NCBI GenBank assembly: GCA_049323655.1 | Contig: JBMONO010000009.1 | Coordinates: forward strand, 62,540-126,539 | DNA length: 64,000 nucleotides | Origin: Thermodesulfobacteriota bacterium | GTDB lineage: Bacteria; Desulfobacterota; Desulfobulbia; Desulfobulbales; SURF-16 | Direction: 5' to 3' | In this document: one piece after another, positions 46,311-58,091 of the stretch | Numbering within the stretch: position 1 is the stretch's first letter | Layout of the letters: every line of letters begins with the position of its first letter | Made by a program: the position numbers and the translations under genes | Notes under the pieces: generated by a model | Database searches by the model: none | Seen by the model: the letters and a program-made list of their open reading frames with translations, nothing else | Told to the model about the DNA's origin: nothing

Positions 46311-48217
46311 ATGACGCGCAACCAGACTTTTTGCAAGCCAATATAATCCTGCTGCAGCAGCATAAGCCCGATTTGCTCACCTTTGCCGGGGCTGTCCAGG
46401 AGTTTGTTAATTTCGACATCGTTACCTCTCAGGACGGGCTGCTGAATATCAGGGCACCCCATCCTCTCACCAAACTTCCTGAACTGGTACATGACACCGC
46501 GCATCTTGCCGCTGGTTTTTCCGACCTGGTCGACCTCCTGACAAAAGAGCAGAACGCTATCATTTTTCAGGTCGGCATGGGTTTTAGCTACGAGATGAAG
46601 TTTCTTCTGCAGAAATTCCCGGGATTTCGCTATGTTATTCTTGAGCCGCATCCCCAGATATTTGCCGCGGCGCTCAAATCAGTAGACCTTTCTTTCCTGC
46701 TTGCCAATTCCAATGTTGTTCTCCTGGTTGGCAGCACCATCAATATCCCCAATCTCCTCCAACAGGAAGACGATGCGCTGCGCACCCTGCCGATGCACCT
46801 GGTTTCCCACCAGAAACTTCTTGAACTTTTCCCGGATATCTATAAACCGCTGTTCTCCAGGCTGCAGAGCGAACTCGCAAATTTTCAAGGGAAGCTACAG
46901 ACCATTGTCAGACAGGGTCCCCTGCTCTTTACCAATACCATCACCAATGCGCCCCGCTTGAACGAATCCGCAACTGTGCAAGTCCTAAAGAATATCGCCC
47001 AAGGGCTGCCCGCGGTTTGTGTGGCGGCCGGTCCTTCCCTGACAAAAAACATAGCCCAGCTCAAGGGCCGGGAAAACAGCGTATTTATCATTGCCGTGGA
47101 CAGTGCAGTCAAGGTGCTGATCGATCACGGCATCACCCCCCACATCATTGTGACCATTGATCCCATTGCGGCAAGCCTTGTGAAACTGCGGAATGTTCTT
47201 ATTAAGCACGCCGATATTGCCCTGGCCTGGACGCCCGAGGCCTTCCCGGAAACCATCAGAGGCTTTCGAAATGGACCAAAGTTTGTCATTCCCGGCATCA
47301 ATGATCTTTTCCGCCTCTACCTGGCACCCCTTTTTACCGGGCAGGATACCCCCTTTCCCCACATGCTCTCCGTTACCCATGCCGCCACCCAGTTGGCCAA
47401 AGTGGCTGGCTGCAATCCCCTCATTTTCATCGGCCTCGACCTGGCCTTAAGCGGCGAACAGGATCATGCCGAGGGCAGCCCCATTGCCTGGAAAAAATTT
47501 ACGCAGGAGCAACGAATAAAAATCCCCGGCTGGAATGGCAGCGAGGTGGAAACCATTGCCGTGCTCAGAAACCAGCTGCTCGCCCTGCAGAGCATCATCA
47601 GCCAGAGCAAGGAGATGCGCTTTATCGACGCCACCGAGGGAGGTGCCCTGATTGCCGGCACCGAAATCATGTCGCTCAAACAGGCCCTTGACCACTATGC
47701 CGATAAACAGATGGCCTTTGCCATGGTTATCGACAGAATTTTTCACCAGGCCGCCAAGCCGGAGCGGGAGGCCATTGCTCAGAGGCTTCAGGACCTGCAG
47801 AAGGAAGTAAAAGCAAGCCGGAACACCGCGCAAACCGGTCTCAGCAATGGATTAGAGGCCAGGAAACAATGGAAAATCGCCAAAATCCCGAGCAAAAAAG
47901 CCCAGGCAATAAAGAAATTCAGAAAAGCTGTAATCGCCTCCGGCAACGCCTTTGACAAACTGATGAACCTCCTCGATCTGACCAATGCACTCTATCCCCT
48001 GCGCGCTTCTGCCCACCATGAGTTCATCTATGCCAGAAAAAAGTTTAATGAGGCCGCTGCTGAGAAAAATGCGGAACAGAGCATCTTTGATGAACTGGAA
48101 CAGAACCTCGGCTATTTCAACTCCTGGATCACCACCACCAAGAAGGCAGAAGCGATCATCGAGCCGATCATCAAAGAGATGGCAGCCTGCGGCAAGGCCG
48201 GTAAAAAAGCCCCATGA
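46307..48217 (+). CDS. maf: Motility-associated factor (Maf, DUF115) flagellin glycosyltransferase
   Basis: VAAGPSLTKN, IAVDSA..GITPHIIVTID, SVTH..GCNPLIFIGLDLA..HA, DATEGGA; helical C-terminus; neuB/neuA/fliC context. Confidence 0.85.
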   Translation: MNDAQPDFLQANIILLQQHKPDLLTFAGAVQEFVNFDIVTSQDGLLNIRAPHPLTKLPELVHDTAHLAAGFSDLVDLLTKEQNAIIFQVGMGFSYEMKFLLQKFPGFRYVILEPHPQIFAAALKSVDLSFLLANSNVVLLVGSTINIPNLLQQEDDALRTLPMHLVSHQKLLELFPDIYKPLFSRLQSELANFQGKLQTIVRQGPLLFTNTITNAPRLNESATVQVLKNIAQGLPAVCVAAGPSLTKNIAQLKGRENSVFIIAVDSAVKVLIDHGITPHIIVTIDPIAASLVKLRNVLIKHADIALAWTPEAFPETIRGFRNGPKFVIPGINDLFRLYLAPLFTGQDTPFPHMLSVTHAATQLAKVAGCNPLIFIGLDLALSGEQDHAEGSPIAWKKFTQEQRIKIPGWNGSEVETIAVLRNQLLALQSIISQSKEMRFIDATEGGALIAGTEIMSLKQALDHYADKQMAFAMVIDRIFHQAAKPEREAIAQRLQDLQKEVKASRNTAQTGLSNGLEARKQWKIAKIPSKKAQAIKKFRKAVIASGNAFDKLMNLLDLTNALYPLRASAHHEFIYARKKFNEAAAEKNAEQSIFDELEQNLGYFNSWITTTKKAEAIIEPIIKEMAACGKAGKKAP

Positions 48218-49227
48218 CCGGTAGCAACCAGAACAGAAGCGCCTTTATCACCGGCATCACCGGCCAGGACGGCAGCTATCTGGCGGAACTGCTGCTGGAC
48301 AAGGGCTACCGGGTATGGGGTTTGGTGCGCCGGGTGGCCTTTGAGGACGAGGCGCACCGTATGCACCGCATCGCCCACCTGCTTGACCGGATAGAACTCA
48401 TCCCCGGCTCGCTGGAGAGTTTTCCCAGCCTGTACAATGCCATACGAAAAATCAAGCCGGATGAGGTGTACCATTTGGCGGCCCAGAGTTACGTCAGCAC
48501 CAGCTTCGAGGATGAATTTTCCACCTTGAACGCCAATATCAACGGCACCCACAATATCCTGGCCGCCTGCCGCGACCTGGTGCCCGATACCCGTTTCTAC
48601 TTTGCCGGCTCAAGCGAGATGTTCGGCCGCCCCACCCGGGTGCCCCAGGATGAAAAAACCCCGTTTGAGCCACGCTCCGCCTATGGCATCTCCAAGGTTG
48701 CCGGCTTCCATCTCACCAAAAACTACCGGGAAACCTACGGCCTTTTCGCCTGCAGCGGCATTCTTTACAATCACGAATCACCGCGGCGCGGTTTTGAATT
48801 TGTCACCCGCAAAATCACCTCCCATGTGGCCAAGATAAAAAGGGGGTTAAAAGACAGGCTGGAGCTTGGGAACCTTGAGGCGCGACGCGACTGGGGCCAT
48901 GCCCGGAAGTACATGGAGGCCGTCTGGCTGATGCTGCAGCAGCCCGAACCGCGGGATTATGTTATCTGTTCCGGCAAGACCCACTCGGTAAGAGAATTCT
49001 GCAGAATCGCCTTTAACTGTGTCGGCCTCGATTACCGGGATTACGTCCGGTCGGTGGATAAATTTTACCGGGCCGAAGACAGCGACAAGGTGCTGGTGGG
49101 CAGTCCCGCCCAAGCGGAAAACATCTTAGGCTGGCGTTACGATTATCCTCTGGAAAAAATGATTCAGGAAATGGTTGATCACGATCTTGCCCAGCTGCCC
49201 GCTGATCCTGGCGGGCACATGGCGTGA
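48214..49227 (+). CDS. gmd: GDP-mannose 4,6-dehydratase
   Basis: ITGITGQDGSYLAELLL, YHLAAQS, SSEMFG, YGISK, NHESPRRG, RDWGHA. Confidence 0.95.
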   Translation: MTGSNQNRSAFITGITGQDGSYLAELLLDKGYRVWGLVRRVAFEDEAHRMHRIAHLLDRIELIPGSLESFPSLYNAIRKIKPDEVYHLAAQSYVSTSFEDEFSTLNANINGTHNILAACRDLVPDTRFYFAGSSEMFGRPTRVPQDEKTPFEPRSAYGISKVAGFHLTKNYRETYGLFACSGILYNHESPRRGFEFVTRKITSHVAKIKRGLKDRLELGNLEARRDWGHARKYMEAVWLMLQQPEPRDYVICSGKTHSVREFCRIAFNCVGLDYRDYVRSVDKFYRAEDSDKVLVGSPAQAENILGWRYDYPLEKMIQEMVDHDLAQLPADPGGHMA

Positions 49228-49260
49228 TCAGCGGAGATCAGGAGACAAAGGGGCGGCAGC

Positions 49261-50400
49261 ATGGAATCGCTGAGGAGCAAACTTGTCATCATCGGCGCCG
49301 GCCTTGCCGCCATGACGGCCGCCATCACCGCCCAGAAAAAGATTAACGATATTGTCCTGATTGATAAAGGAAACATATTTTCCAGCGGCTCCACCTTTCA
49401 TAACCGCAACCGATGCTGGGGAATCACCCATGCCGTGGATGATCAGGAAAAAGATCTGCTCTTTCAAGCGATTCAGCAAATAAGCAGAGGGACAAATAAT
49501 GCTCGCCTCAGTCATATTCTGGTTGAAGAGTCATCCTCAGCCTTCCGGCAACTGGAAAGCTTGGGGGTCTCGTTTCTCCGCGAGGCCACAGGGATGATCA
49601 AACGGGTACAGCCCTGTTTCTGTCCCCAGCCACTGGCTGCGATCATCACCTCTACAGATCAGGTTCACCGCTGTCTTGCCAGACGCCTCGCCAGAGGCAA
49701 TATCCGTTTGCTGGAAAAAACCGCAGCCACGAAAATACTGCTTGATCAGAACAGAATCTCCGGGGTCCTTGCCCTGTCCCATGGCAGGGAGATACACATC
49801 TCCTGCCGGTCGGTAATCCTGGCCTGCGGCGGTGGAGCGGCCCTGTTCCCCCATCATATCGTCGATCCAGGGCTTGTCGGTGACGGCTATAGACTCCTGG
49901 ACGACCTCGGCATTCCGCTCCATAATATGGAGTACCGCCAATGGGTCTGGGAAGACGTCTCTCCCATGGCCTCCCGTTTTCAGCTCAGTTATTTCGCTGA
50001 CGGAAACCATCGTTTTCTTGACGCCACCGACACCGAAATCCCTCTCCCTCCGAAAAACTCCCCTCTCAGCCAATCGCGCCTCGGCCACGTCCCGATCAGC
50101 AATCTGCAGCCGGATAAAGAATTTGACTCACCCCTTCGCACGGCTGCAGAAACATCTGCCATCACGGTAGTCCGCAACTCGACCGGCGCAGTCATCAATC
50201 ACATCCTTCCCCATGTCCAGGTTTGCCACGGTGGCGTACTGATTTCGGAAAATGGCGAGACCGGCATAAACGGCCTTTTTGCCGCAGGCGAAATCACCAC
50301 CGGCATGCATGGCGGTGACCGGATCGGCGGCATGATGATAGCCAATTGTCTTGTCTATGGCAGACGGGCCGCCGAGGCAGCCAGCCGTTTGATCGGGTGA
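49261..50400 (+). CDS. Short FAD-binding oxidoreductase of the SdhA/FrdA/NadB superfamily
   Basis: IIGAGLA, LACGG, GDG, GLFAAGE, HGGDRIGG..VYGRRAA; only 379 aa. Confidence 0.8.
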   Translation: MESLRSKLVIIGAGLAAMTAAITAQKKINDIVLIDKGNIFSSGSTFHNRNRCWGITHAVDDQEKDLLFQAIQQISRGTNNARLSHILVEESSSAFRQLESLGVSFLREATGMIKRVQPCFCPQPLAAIITSTDQVHRCLARRLARGNIRLLEKTAATKILLDQNRISGVLALSHGREIHISCRSVILACGGGAALFPHHIVDPGLVGDGYRLLDDLGIPLHNMEYRQWVWEDVSPMASRFQLSYFADGNHRFLDATDTEIPLPPKNSPLSQSRLGHVPISNLQPDKEFDSPLRTAAETSAITVVRNSTGAVINHILPHVQVCHGGVLISENGETGINGLFAAGEITTGMHGGDRIGGMMIANCLVYGRRAAEAASRLIG

Positions 50401-50435
50401 TGATTTGTTTGGTTGCCCGACCGAGAGGTGAGAGG

Positions 50436-51184
50436 TCAGCCCGGCTCATCAGCATCGACCGCGCCCCGCCCCCCGAAGATCCGCACCCCTATTATGCTGA
50501 TTTCATAGAGAATGACGAGCGGTACCGCCATGAGCAGCTGGTTGACCACATCCGGGGTGGGGGTGAGGATGGCGGCAATGACAAAGGAGAGGAGAAAGGC
50601 GTATTTGCGGTTACGGGACAGAAAGGCCCGGTCTACGATGCCGAGGCGGGCGAGCAGCACCATGAACACCGGCATTTCAAACGCCACCCCAAAGGCGATG
50701 AGCAGCCGCAGGCTGAGCGAAAAATATTCCTTGACCGTGGGCAGGGCGGTGAGAAAATCGGTGGTGTAGCCCATGAGAAAACGGAAAGCGGGCGGAAAGA
50801 CGACGTAATAGCCGAAGGCGGCGCCGCCGAGGAAGCAGAAGGAGGAGAGCAGGGTGAAGGGGATGATCACCCGCTTTTCATGCTGATAGAGACCCGGGGC
50901 GATAAAGACCCAGACCTGCCAGAAGATCACCGGGCTGGCCAGGAGAATGCCGCAGACCAGGGCGAGCTTCAGATAAAAAAAAAGGCCTCCTGGTAGGAAG
51001 TGAAGATCAGGCTCGATGTCTCCGGCAACACCGCAAAGAGCGGCCGAACAAACCAGGCGCCGATCTCCTCGACAAAGGCGTAGGAGACGGCAAAACCGAC
51101 AAGCACGGCAACAAGGGAACGAATGAGGCTGGTGCGCAGATCGCGCAAATGTTCGGTTAGAGCCTGTTTTTCAAATGTATCCAT
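50436..51184 (-). pseudogene. tatC: Twin-arginine translocase TatC, frameshifted in a T9 run (possibly a sequencing error)
   Basis: LTEHLRDLR..EAFFF | YLKLAL..SPVIFWQVWVFIAPGLY..FEMP..ILTPTPD; T10 instead of T9 at 50975-50983 restores one frame. Confidence 0.9.
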
Positions 51185-51230
51185 ACTGGCTCCGGCCGGT
51201 ATCGGGGAAAAGATGTCTCTCAGCAATCAA

Positions 51231-51269
51231 GATGGTCACGCAAAAAGTCAATTTCGGAGATGGCTAAGC
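51231..51269 (+). repeat. Dispersed intergenic repeat, copy 2
   Basis: 36/39 identical to the reverse complement of 5132-5170. Confidence 0.85.
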
Positions 51270-51468
51270 CCAAAAAAACACTATAGTCGCCGGTCGCGAC
51301 ATGGTCAAGAACCAACCGAAGAAGAGTTGCGGAACGCGACAAAACCTGGTAAGCGAATAGCCAAAAATATCGTCACCATTTCGTTCTGTCATGCGGGACC
51401 AGGAGCCGTCACCGCTTCACAGGCAGAATTGTCCCCATCATTGCCGCGCGGCTCCCAAAGCAGGCTCC

Positions 51469-52359
51469 ATGCTGACCCCAACCCAGAAAGAACGTTGCCA
51501 GGCCGGGCTGGAACGGCTGCGCAACCCGATCCTCCCTCTGGTCCAGCTGGCCGGCATGCTCTATCTGACCGGCCCCTTTACCGGACTCGCCGAACTGCTT
51601 GCCGAACTGCGCGAGCCGGTGGAAACAGGCGGTCTCCGCTATGACGATCCAGCGGCCCAGCTCGCCCCCTACCTTGCGGCGATGCAGCCTTACGAACGGC
51701 TCAAAATTCCCGGCCGCCCGGAACGGATCATTGTTGACGAGAACATGCAGGCCCCGGATCAATTCACCGCCCTGGCCGGCTGGGTCGGCCAGAACGTCCT
51801 GGCCCAGGAACTCGAAAAGATCAACAGCATGCTCTGCGGGCCCTGCAACTGCACCCTCTGCTGCATCGGCCCAGAGGAAGATGCAGCGCAGGAATTTTTC
51901 GAAATCCCGCTCACCGAAAAGGAAACCGCTCTTTTTCCCCTGCCGATCCGCAACGATGAACAGACCAGGGCCGCCACTCCGGCGGATGACCCGCCTTTAC
52001 CGGTCGCCGGCATCCCATTTTATGCCCAGCCGGCCGCCCTCTACCGCTGGCGAAGCGGCTGGAGCATGATCCTGCCCCGGGGCAGCCGCTGCCCGCAGCT
52101 CGACCCGACCAGTGGCGGCTGTGGCATATACCCGGCCCGGCCGGCGGTCTGCCGGCTGCCCCAGATTTTTCCCTACATCCTTGAACGGGACGAGAGTCTG
52201 GACCGTGACTATGACGGCCGGCTGCTGCCGGGCTTTATCCTGCGCGACAAACTGCTGGCGGTCTGGGACTGCCCCTATGTCCGCGAGTTTCAGGAGGAGA
52301 TCGCTGCATACGCCGCATTGTCGAGCGTCCAGCCGGTCTTTCGGGAAAACAAAGGGTAA
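51469..52359 (+). CDS. YkgJ-family cysteine cluster (CxxCxxCC) protein
   Basis: CGPCNCTLCC, CPQL..CGIYPARPAVCRLP. Alternative start 51391. Confidence 0.8.
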   Translation: MLTPTQKERCQAGLERLRNPILPLVQLAGMLYLTGPFTGLAELLAELREPVETGGLRYDDPAAQLAPYLAAMQPYERLKIPGRPERIIVDENMQAPDQFTALAGWVGQNVLAQELEKINSMLCGPCNCTLCCIGPEEDAAQEFFEIPLTEKETALFPLPIRNDEQTRAATPADDPPLPVAGIPFYAQPAALYRWRSGWSMILPRGSRCPQLDPTSGGCGIYPARPAVCRLPQIFPYILERDESLDRDYDGRLLPGFILRDKLLAVWDCPYVREFQEEIAAYAALSSVQPVFRENKG

Positions 52360-52401
52360 CTATGGCGATTGCTCGAAACATCCGCGACCGCAATCCTGCC
52401 T

Positions 52402-52890
52402 TCACTTGCCGCTGGTGATGACCTGAGCCCGGGAGGTAAAGGAGATGCCCTGCTGGCCTTCCGCCCCGATCATGACAGCTTCGACCAGCAGCGGGTTGAC
52501 CGGCTGCGCCGCCTGCCACTCGACGAGAAAGTTGGCACCGGAACCGCCTGACTTGTCCTTCTGCGGGATCACAAAACGGGTTGATTCAAGCGGGCGGAGC
52601 ACCACCGGCTGTTCGAGAAACTTCCTGATCATCTCCCCCCTGGTGCCGTAATAATCAACAGTGGTGAGGGTAACGGAGTGGCGCACGTCGACGTTGCGGA
52701 TACTTAAAGTGGCGGTGAGCAGGATCGGCAGCTCACGGTTGCCGCCATAGATATGGGAGTAGACCGGCACATAAAGGGTTTGCCCCTGCGACAGAGGCAC
52801 CGCCTCATCCGCCCGGCACGGCATGGAAAAACCGCTGATCGTCATACTGATCATCATCAGCACCAGGCGGCACCAGGACAACTTTTTCAT
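52402..52890 (-). CDS. DUF3124-like exported protein
   Basis: Signal peptide; YVPVYSHIY, TLSIRN, GGSGANFLVEW, EAVMIG, GISFTS. Confidence 0.85.
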   Translation of the reverse strand: MKKLSWCRLVLMMISMTISGFSMPCRADEAVPLSQGQTLYVPVYSHIYGGNRELPILLTATLSIRNVDVRHSVTLTTVDYYGTRGEMIRKFLEQPVVLRPLESTRFVIPQKDKSGGSGANFLVEWQAAQPVNPLLVEAVMIGAEGQQGISFTSRAQVITSGK

Positions 52891-53690
52891 GGTGTATCCC
52901 CCTTGCCATCGTTTGATGGCCTTTCTCCCTGCTCTACTCTTTCACCGGCAACCGGCTGCATCTCACCTTCCTTCTCTGCTGGATGATCTCCCCCCCGCAG
53001 CCACCAGAGTGGAGAGATTTTACGAATTTTGCGAGAAGGAAGGGCCTCCCAGTAAATACGGCGCGGGGGCGGCGGGGCAGCCGCAATCGGCAGCACCGTA
53101 TCGCCGGTGATGATGAAATCGACCGGCACGTCCCAGCAGGCGCAGGGCAACGGCTCGGTCACGATCTGCTCCGGCAGGGCCAGCACCATGACCGTTGGCC
53201 GGTCTGCCAGGGTGCCGTGGGCGGCAAAAATTGCATAACTCAAATCAAAAAAACCCTGCCCGTCGCCAAGCCGACTGCCACCGGTATCGATTGCCAGGGC
53301 ATCGGTGATGAGCAGGGAGAGTGACAGACGGCCAAGATCCTGCCGGGTCATTTTCGCGGCGAACCGCGCCATCCCCTTAACGGTGACAGCGCGGGGAAGA
53401 TCACGAAAGGCGATGGAGTTGGGCCGGAAACGGTAGAAGCCGTCCTTCAAACCAGGCCCGGGCATGATAAGCTCCTTGCCGTCCAGCAGGCAATTGATCC
53501 GCACCTGATGAAGGAAGGCCGATGGGCCGACGAAAATCCGGGATGCCGCCTTGTAGCGGGGATGCCGGCGCAGCTGTTCCGCCGCCCGGCCGGAAACAAC
53601 CGCCGGGACTCCGCCTCCCTGCCTGGTCAGCTCGTCACGAAGAAGCTGTTTTCGGCGTTGCAGGTCGAAAGTCGGTTCGGGTAGCGGCAC
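52887..53690 (-). CDS. 5-formyltetrahydrofolate cyclo-ligase family protein
   Basis: RLGDGQGFFDLSYA, WDVPVDFIIT. Confidence 0.8.
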   Translation of the reverse strand: MPLPEPTFDLQRRKQLLRDELTRQGGGVPAVVSGRAAEQLRRHPRYKAASRIFVGPSAFLHQVRINCLLDGKELIMPGPGLKDGFYRFRPNSIAFRDLPRAVTVKGMARFAAKMTRQDLGRLSLSLLITDALAIDTGGSRLGDGQGFFDLSYAIFAAHGTLADRPTVMVLALPEQIVTEPLPCACWDVPVDFIITGDTVLPIAAAPPPPRRIYWEALPSRKIRKISPLWWLRGGDHPAEKEGEMQPVAGERVEQGERPSNDGKGDTP

Positions 53691-53718
53691 GGCGACGAAA
53701 TCAGGCTGACGTCTTTTG

Positions 53719-54792
53719 TCAGAGAGGGCGTTGCTTCTTGTTTTCGCTCAGCACCTGCAGCGACTTGTTCTGAAAAGGTCGGGCAACCGAGTTCAGGGCA
53801 ATTTTACCGGAGGGATCGCTGCCGCTTCCGATCGCGGCCAATTGGGCCTTGCGGGCAAAACCATACTCCACCAGACGGCTGATGTCATGCCACATGGTTT
53901 CGCTGCCCATCAGGGCAACAACGATGGCGTCGTTACCCCGGCTGAACTTGCCGACATAGGTCTGTCGGGCGGCGTTGGTGTAGCCGGTCTTGCCGCCCAC
54001 CGCCCCTTCGACCTGCCACAGCGCCTTGTTGTGATTGCGCAGAACCTGGCCGAAACGGGTCTTAACCTTGGTTTTGCGCATCCGCTCGGCAAACTCCCGG
54101 TCCCGCATGGCCTTGTCAAAAACCACTGCCAGGTCGCGGGCCGTCGACATCTGCCCCGGCGCGGTCAGGCCGCTGGCCGTCTTGCACACCGTGTTCGTCG
54201 CCCCGAGCGATCGCGCCTTACTGGTCATCAGCCGGGCAAAACTCTGTTCGGAACCAGCCACCTTCTCGGCAATGGCGACACTGGCGTCATTGGCCGAGGC
54301 AAGCAGTACCGCATTGATCATGTCATCCGCGACATAGGCTTTGCCGGGCTGAATATTGATCTTGGAACGGGGCATGCTGGCGGCACGCTGACTGGCAGTG
54401 ACGGTGTCGCTGTCACGCAACGACTCGATGGCAATAAGCCCGGTCAATACCTTGAGGGTGCTGGCCGGCTGAGCGGGACGATCCGGATCATGGGCATAAA
54501 GCACCGCACCGGTCGTGGCGTCCATGATGATGGCGCTGCGCGAGGAGAGTTTGCGGCGGAAGCGGTCACCGGATTCCACCCGGCCGCTTGTTGTCATTGC
54601 TGCCGGCGCCCCACCCTTTGGTGCCGTGACTCCGGTGCTTTTTGCCGGGAATTTATGCTGCGTCTCCAGGAGAAAGGGACCTGCACCCCGTTTGGCAAGA
54701 GCCTCGCCGCCGCTGGCAAGAATCAAGAGGACACCGAGGACGACAACAGACAAGCGGGTCAGGAAAGGGGTGGGAGAAGAGATCATGGGCAT
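53719..54792 (-). CDS. D-alanyl-D-alanine carboxypeptidase (peptidase S11)
   Basis: PASTLK (SxxK), SAND (SxN), GKTGYT (KTG); signal peptide. Confidence 0.92.
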   Translation of the reverse strand: MPMISSPTPFLTRLSVVVLGVLLILASGGEALAKRGAGPFLLETQHKFPAKSTGVTAPKGGAPAAMTTSGRVESGDRFRRKLSSRSAIIMDATTGAVLYAHDPDRPAQPASTLKVLTGLIAIESLRDSDTVTASQRAASMPRSKINIQPGKAYVADDMINAVLLASANDASVAIAEKVAGSEQSFARLMTSKARSLGATNTVCKTASGLTAPGQMSTARDLAVVFDKAMRDREFAERMRKTKVKTRFGQVLRNHNKALWQVEGAVGGKTGYTNAARQTYVGKFSRGNDAIVVALMGSETMWHDISRLVEYGFARKAQLAAIGSGSDPSGKIALNSVARPFQNKSLQVLSENKKQRPL

Positions 54793-55009
54793 ACGGGGTT
54801 ATGGTTCTCGAAGAAAAGGTCCGGCGGCAATCACCCGCCGGTCCACTATCCTGCCATCTTTTCACCTTATAAAAGAGGTGTCGGAAAATCAAGACATTTT
54901 CGCCGGAAAAAATGGTCATCCCATTGTTTTCATGGCATATTCATTCGCATCATCCGCGCCCCCAATCATCCCGGCCACGATCCTGACGCCATTTACAAAT
55001 GATACCAAT

Positions 55010-55525
55010 ATGATAGAAACAAAAGCCGTCATCACCAGCCAGACCGTTTCCTGGTCCGGTATCCACTTGTATGTGCTGCGCCGCGACGCCACGGCGATCC
55101 ACCTCACCTTTGATGATGCCCGGCATCAGCAGGCGCTGCAGGAGCTGCAACCAGCATGCGCCGTTGCCATCGTTCCACCGGCAACGCTCGCAACCGACGC
55201 CCTGCTCGCCCTGCTGCGCGACAATCATTCCTTTGCCGAATACAACGAAAACCCTTTCATTATCCAGGCAACACCATTCCAGCGCCAGGTCTGGCAGGCA
55301 CTCTGCACCATCGGTTTCGGCACGACCGCCACCTACGGAGAAATTGCCGCGATGCTCGGCAATAAAAAAATGGCCCGCGCCGTCGGCCAGGCCTGCGGCG
55401 CCAATCCCATTACCCTCCTCATCCCCTGCCATCGAGTGGTGGCAAGCAGCGGCATCGGCGGTTTTGCCGGCGGTCCGGAGATAAAAAAGCGCCTGCTTGC
55501 CCTGGAGAAGGAGGCGCATTGGTAG
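55010..55525 (+). CDS. ogt: Methylated-DNA--protein-cysteine methyltransferase
   Basis: TPFQRQVW, TYGEIA, ARAVGQAC..NP..IPCHRVV. Confidence 0.92.
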   Translation: MIETKAVITSQTVSWSGIHLYVLRRDATAIHLTFDDARHQQALQELQPACAVAIVPPATLATDALLALLRDNHSFAEYNENPFIIQATPFQRQVWQALCTIGFGTTATYGEIAAMLGNKKMARAVGQACGANPITLLIPCHRVVASSGIGGFAGGPEIKKRLLALEKEAHW

Positions 55526-55629
55526 CCGCCTGCACCTGATCGCGCAATATAAAGCAGGAGTATCGAGCCTTGAACAACACCATAGGCCGGAAGTGGGGTC
55601 GGGAAACGTTCCGGGCGTGGCGCCACCCA

Positions 55630-57514
<1,885 letters not shown>

Positions 57515-57518
<4 letters not shown>

Positions 57519-57994
57519 AGGTCGAACTCCCCCCGTCCCGAGACTTTCAGGACCACCCGGCCGGAGGCGATTTCCAGGCTGACGGTCCGGTTGACGCAGC
57601 CGCCGACATCTTCGGCGTCGATGACGATACGATTTTTGGCAAACAGACGGCGCAGCAACAGGTAATTCCGCTTGCCGATATTGAACAGACCGGTGGGATC
57701 GAGGATCTGGGCGCCGCCGACCACCTTGACAACGAGCCGGCTTTTCACCGCCCCAAGCCGGTAGGCCTCCTTGAACAGGGCGGGGATGCCGGTATCGGCG
57801 AACATAAAGGGGTTCTTCTCCGCCCGTTCCCGGTCGAGCCTCGACTCCGGCAGCATGTAGTGGAGCAGGCCGCCAACCCTGACCACCGGATCCCAGATAA
57901 CAACAGCAATACAGGAACCGAGTGAATAGGTGATCAGGATGTCCTTGTTCTCATTGCTCACCTTCATGTCGGAGATACCGACAACGACCCTCAT
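57515..57994 (-). CDS. cheD: Chemoreceptor glutamine deamidase CheD
   Basis: TYSLGSCIAV, LHYMLP, FADTG, GGA, IGKRN, EDVGG. Confidence 0.95.
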
Positions 57995-58091
57995 GACTGC
58001 TTCCGCTCCGACCGCACCGCGCCATTCTTCAACCCGATATCGCGTCCTGCCGGCCGGGAAAACCCGAACCCGCGATCTTCCCACAGTGCTG

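Noticed and set aside
13497..50400. Island as a mobile element or prophage
   Set aside because: No integrase, transposase, tRNA target or flanking direct repeats found.
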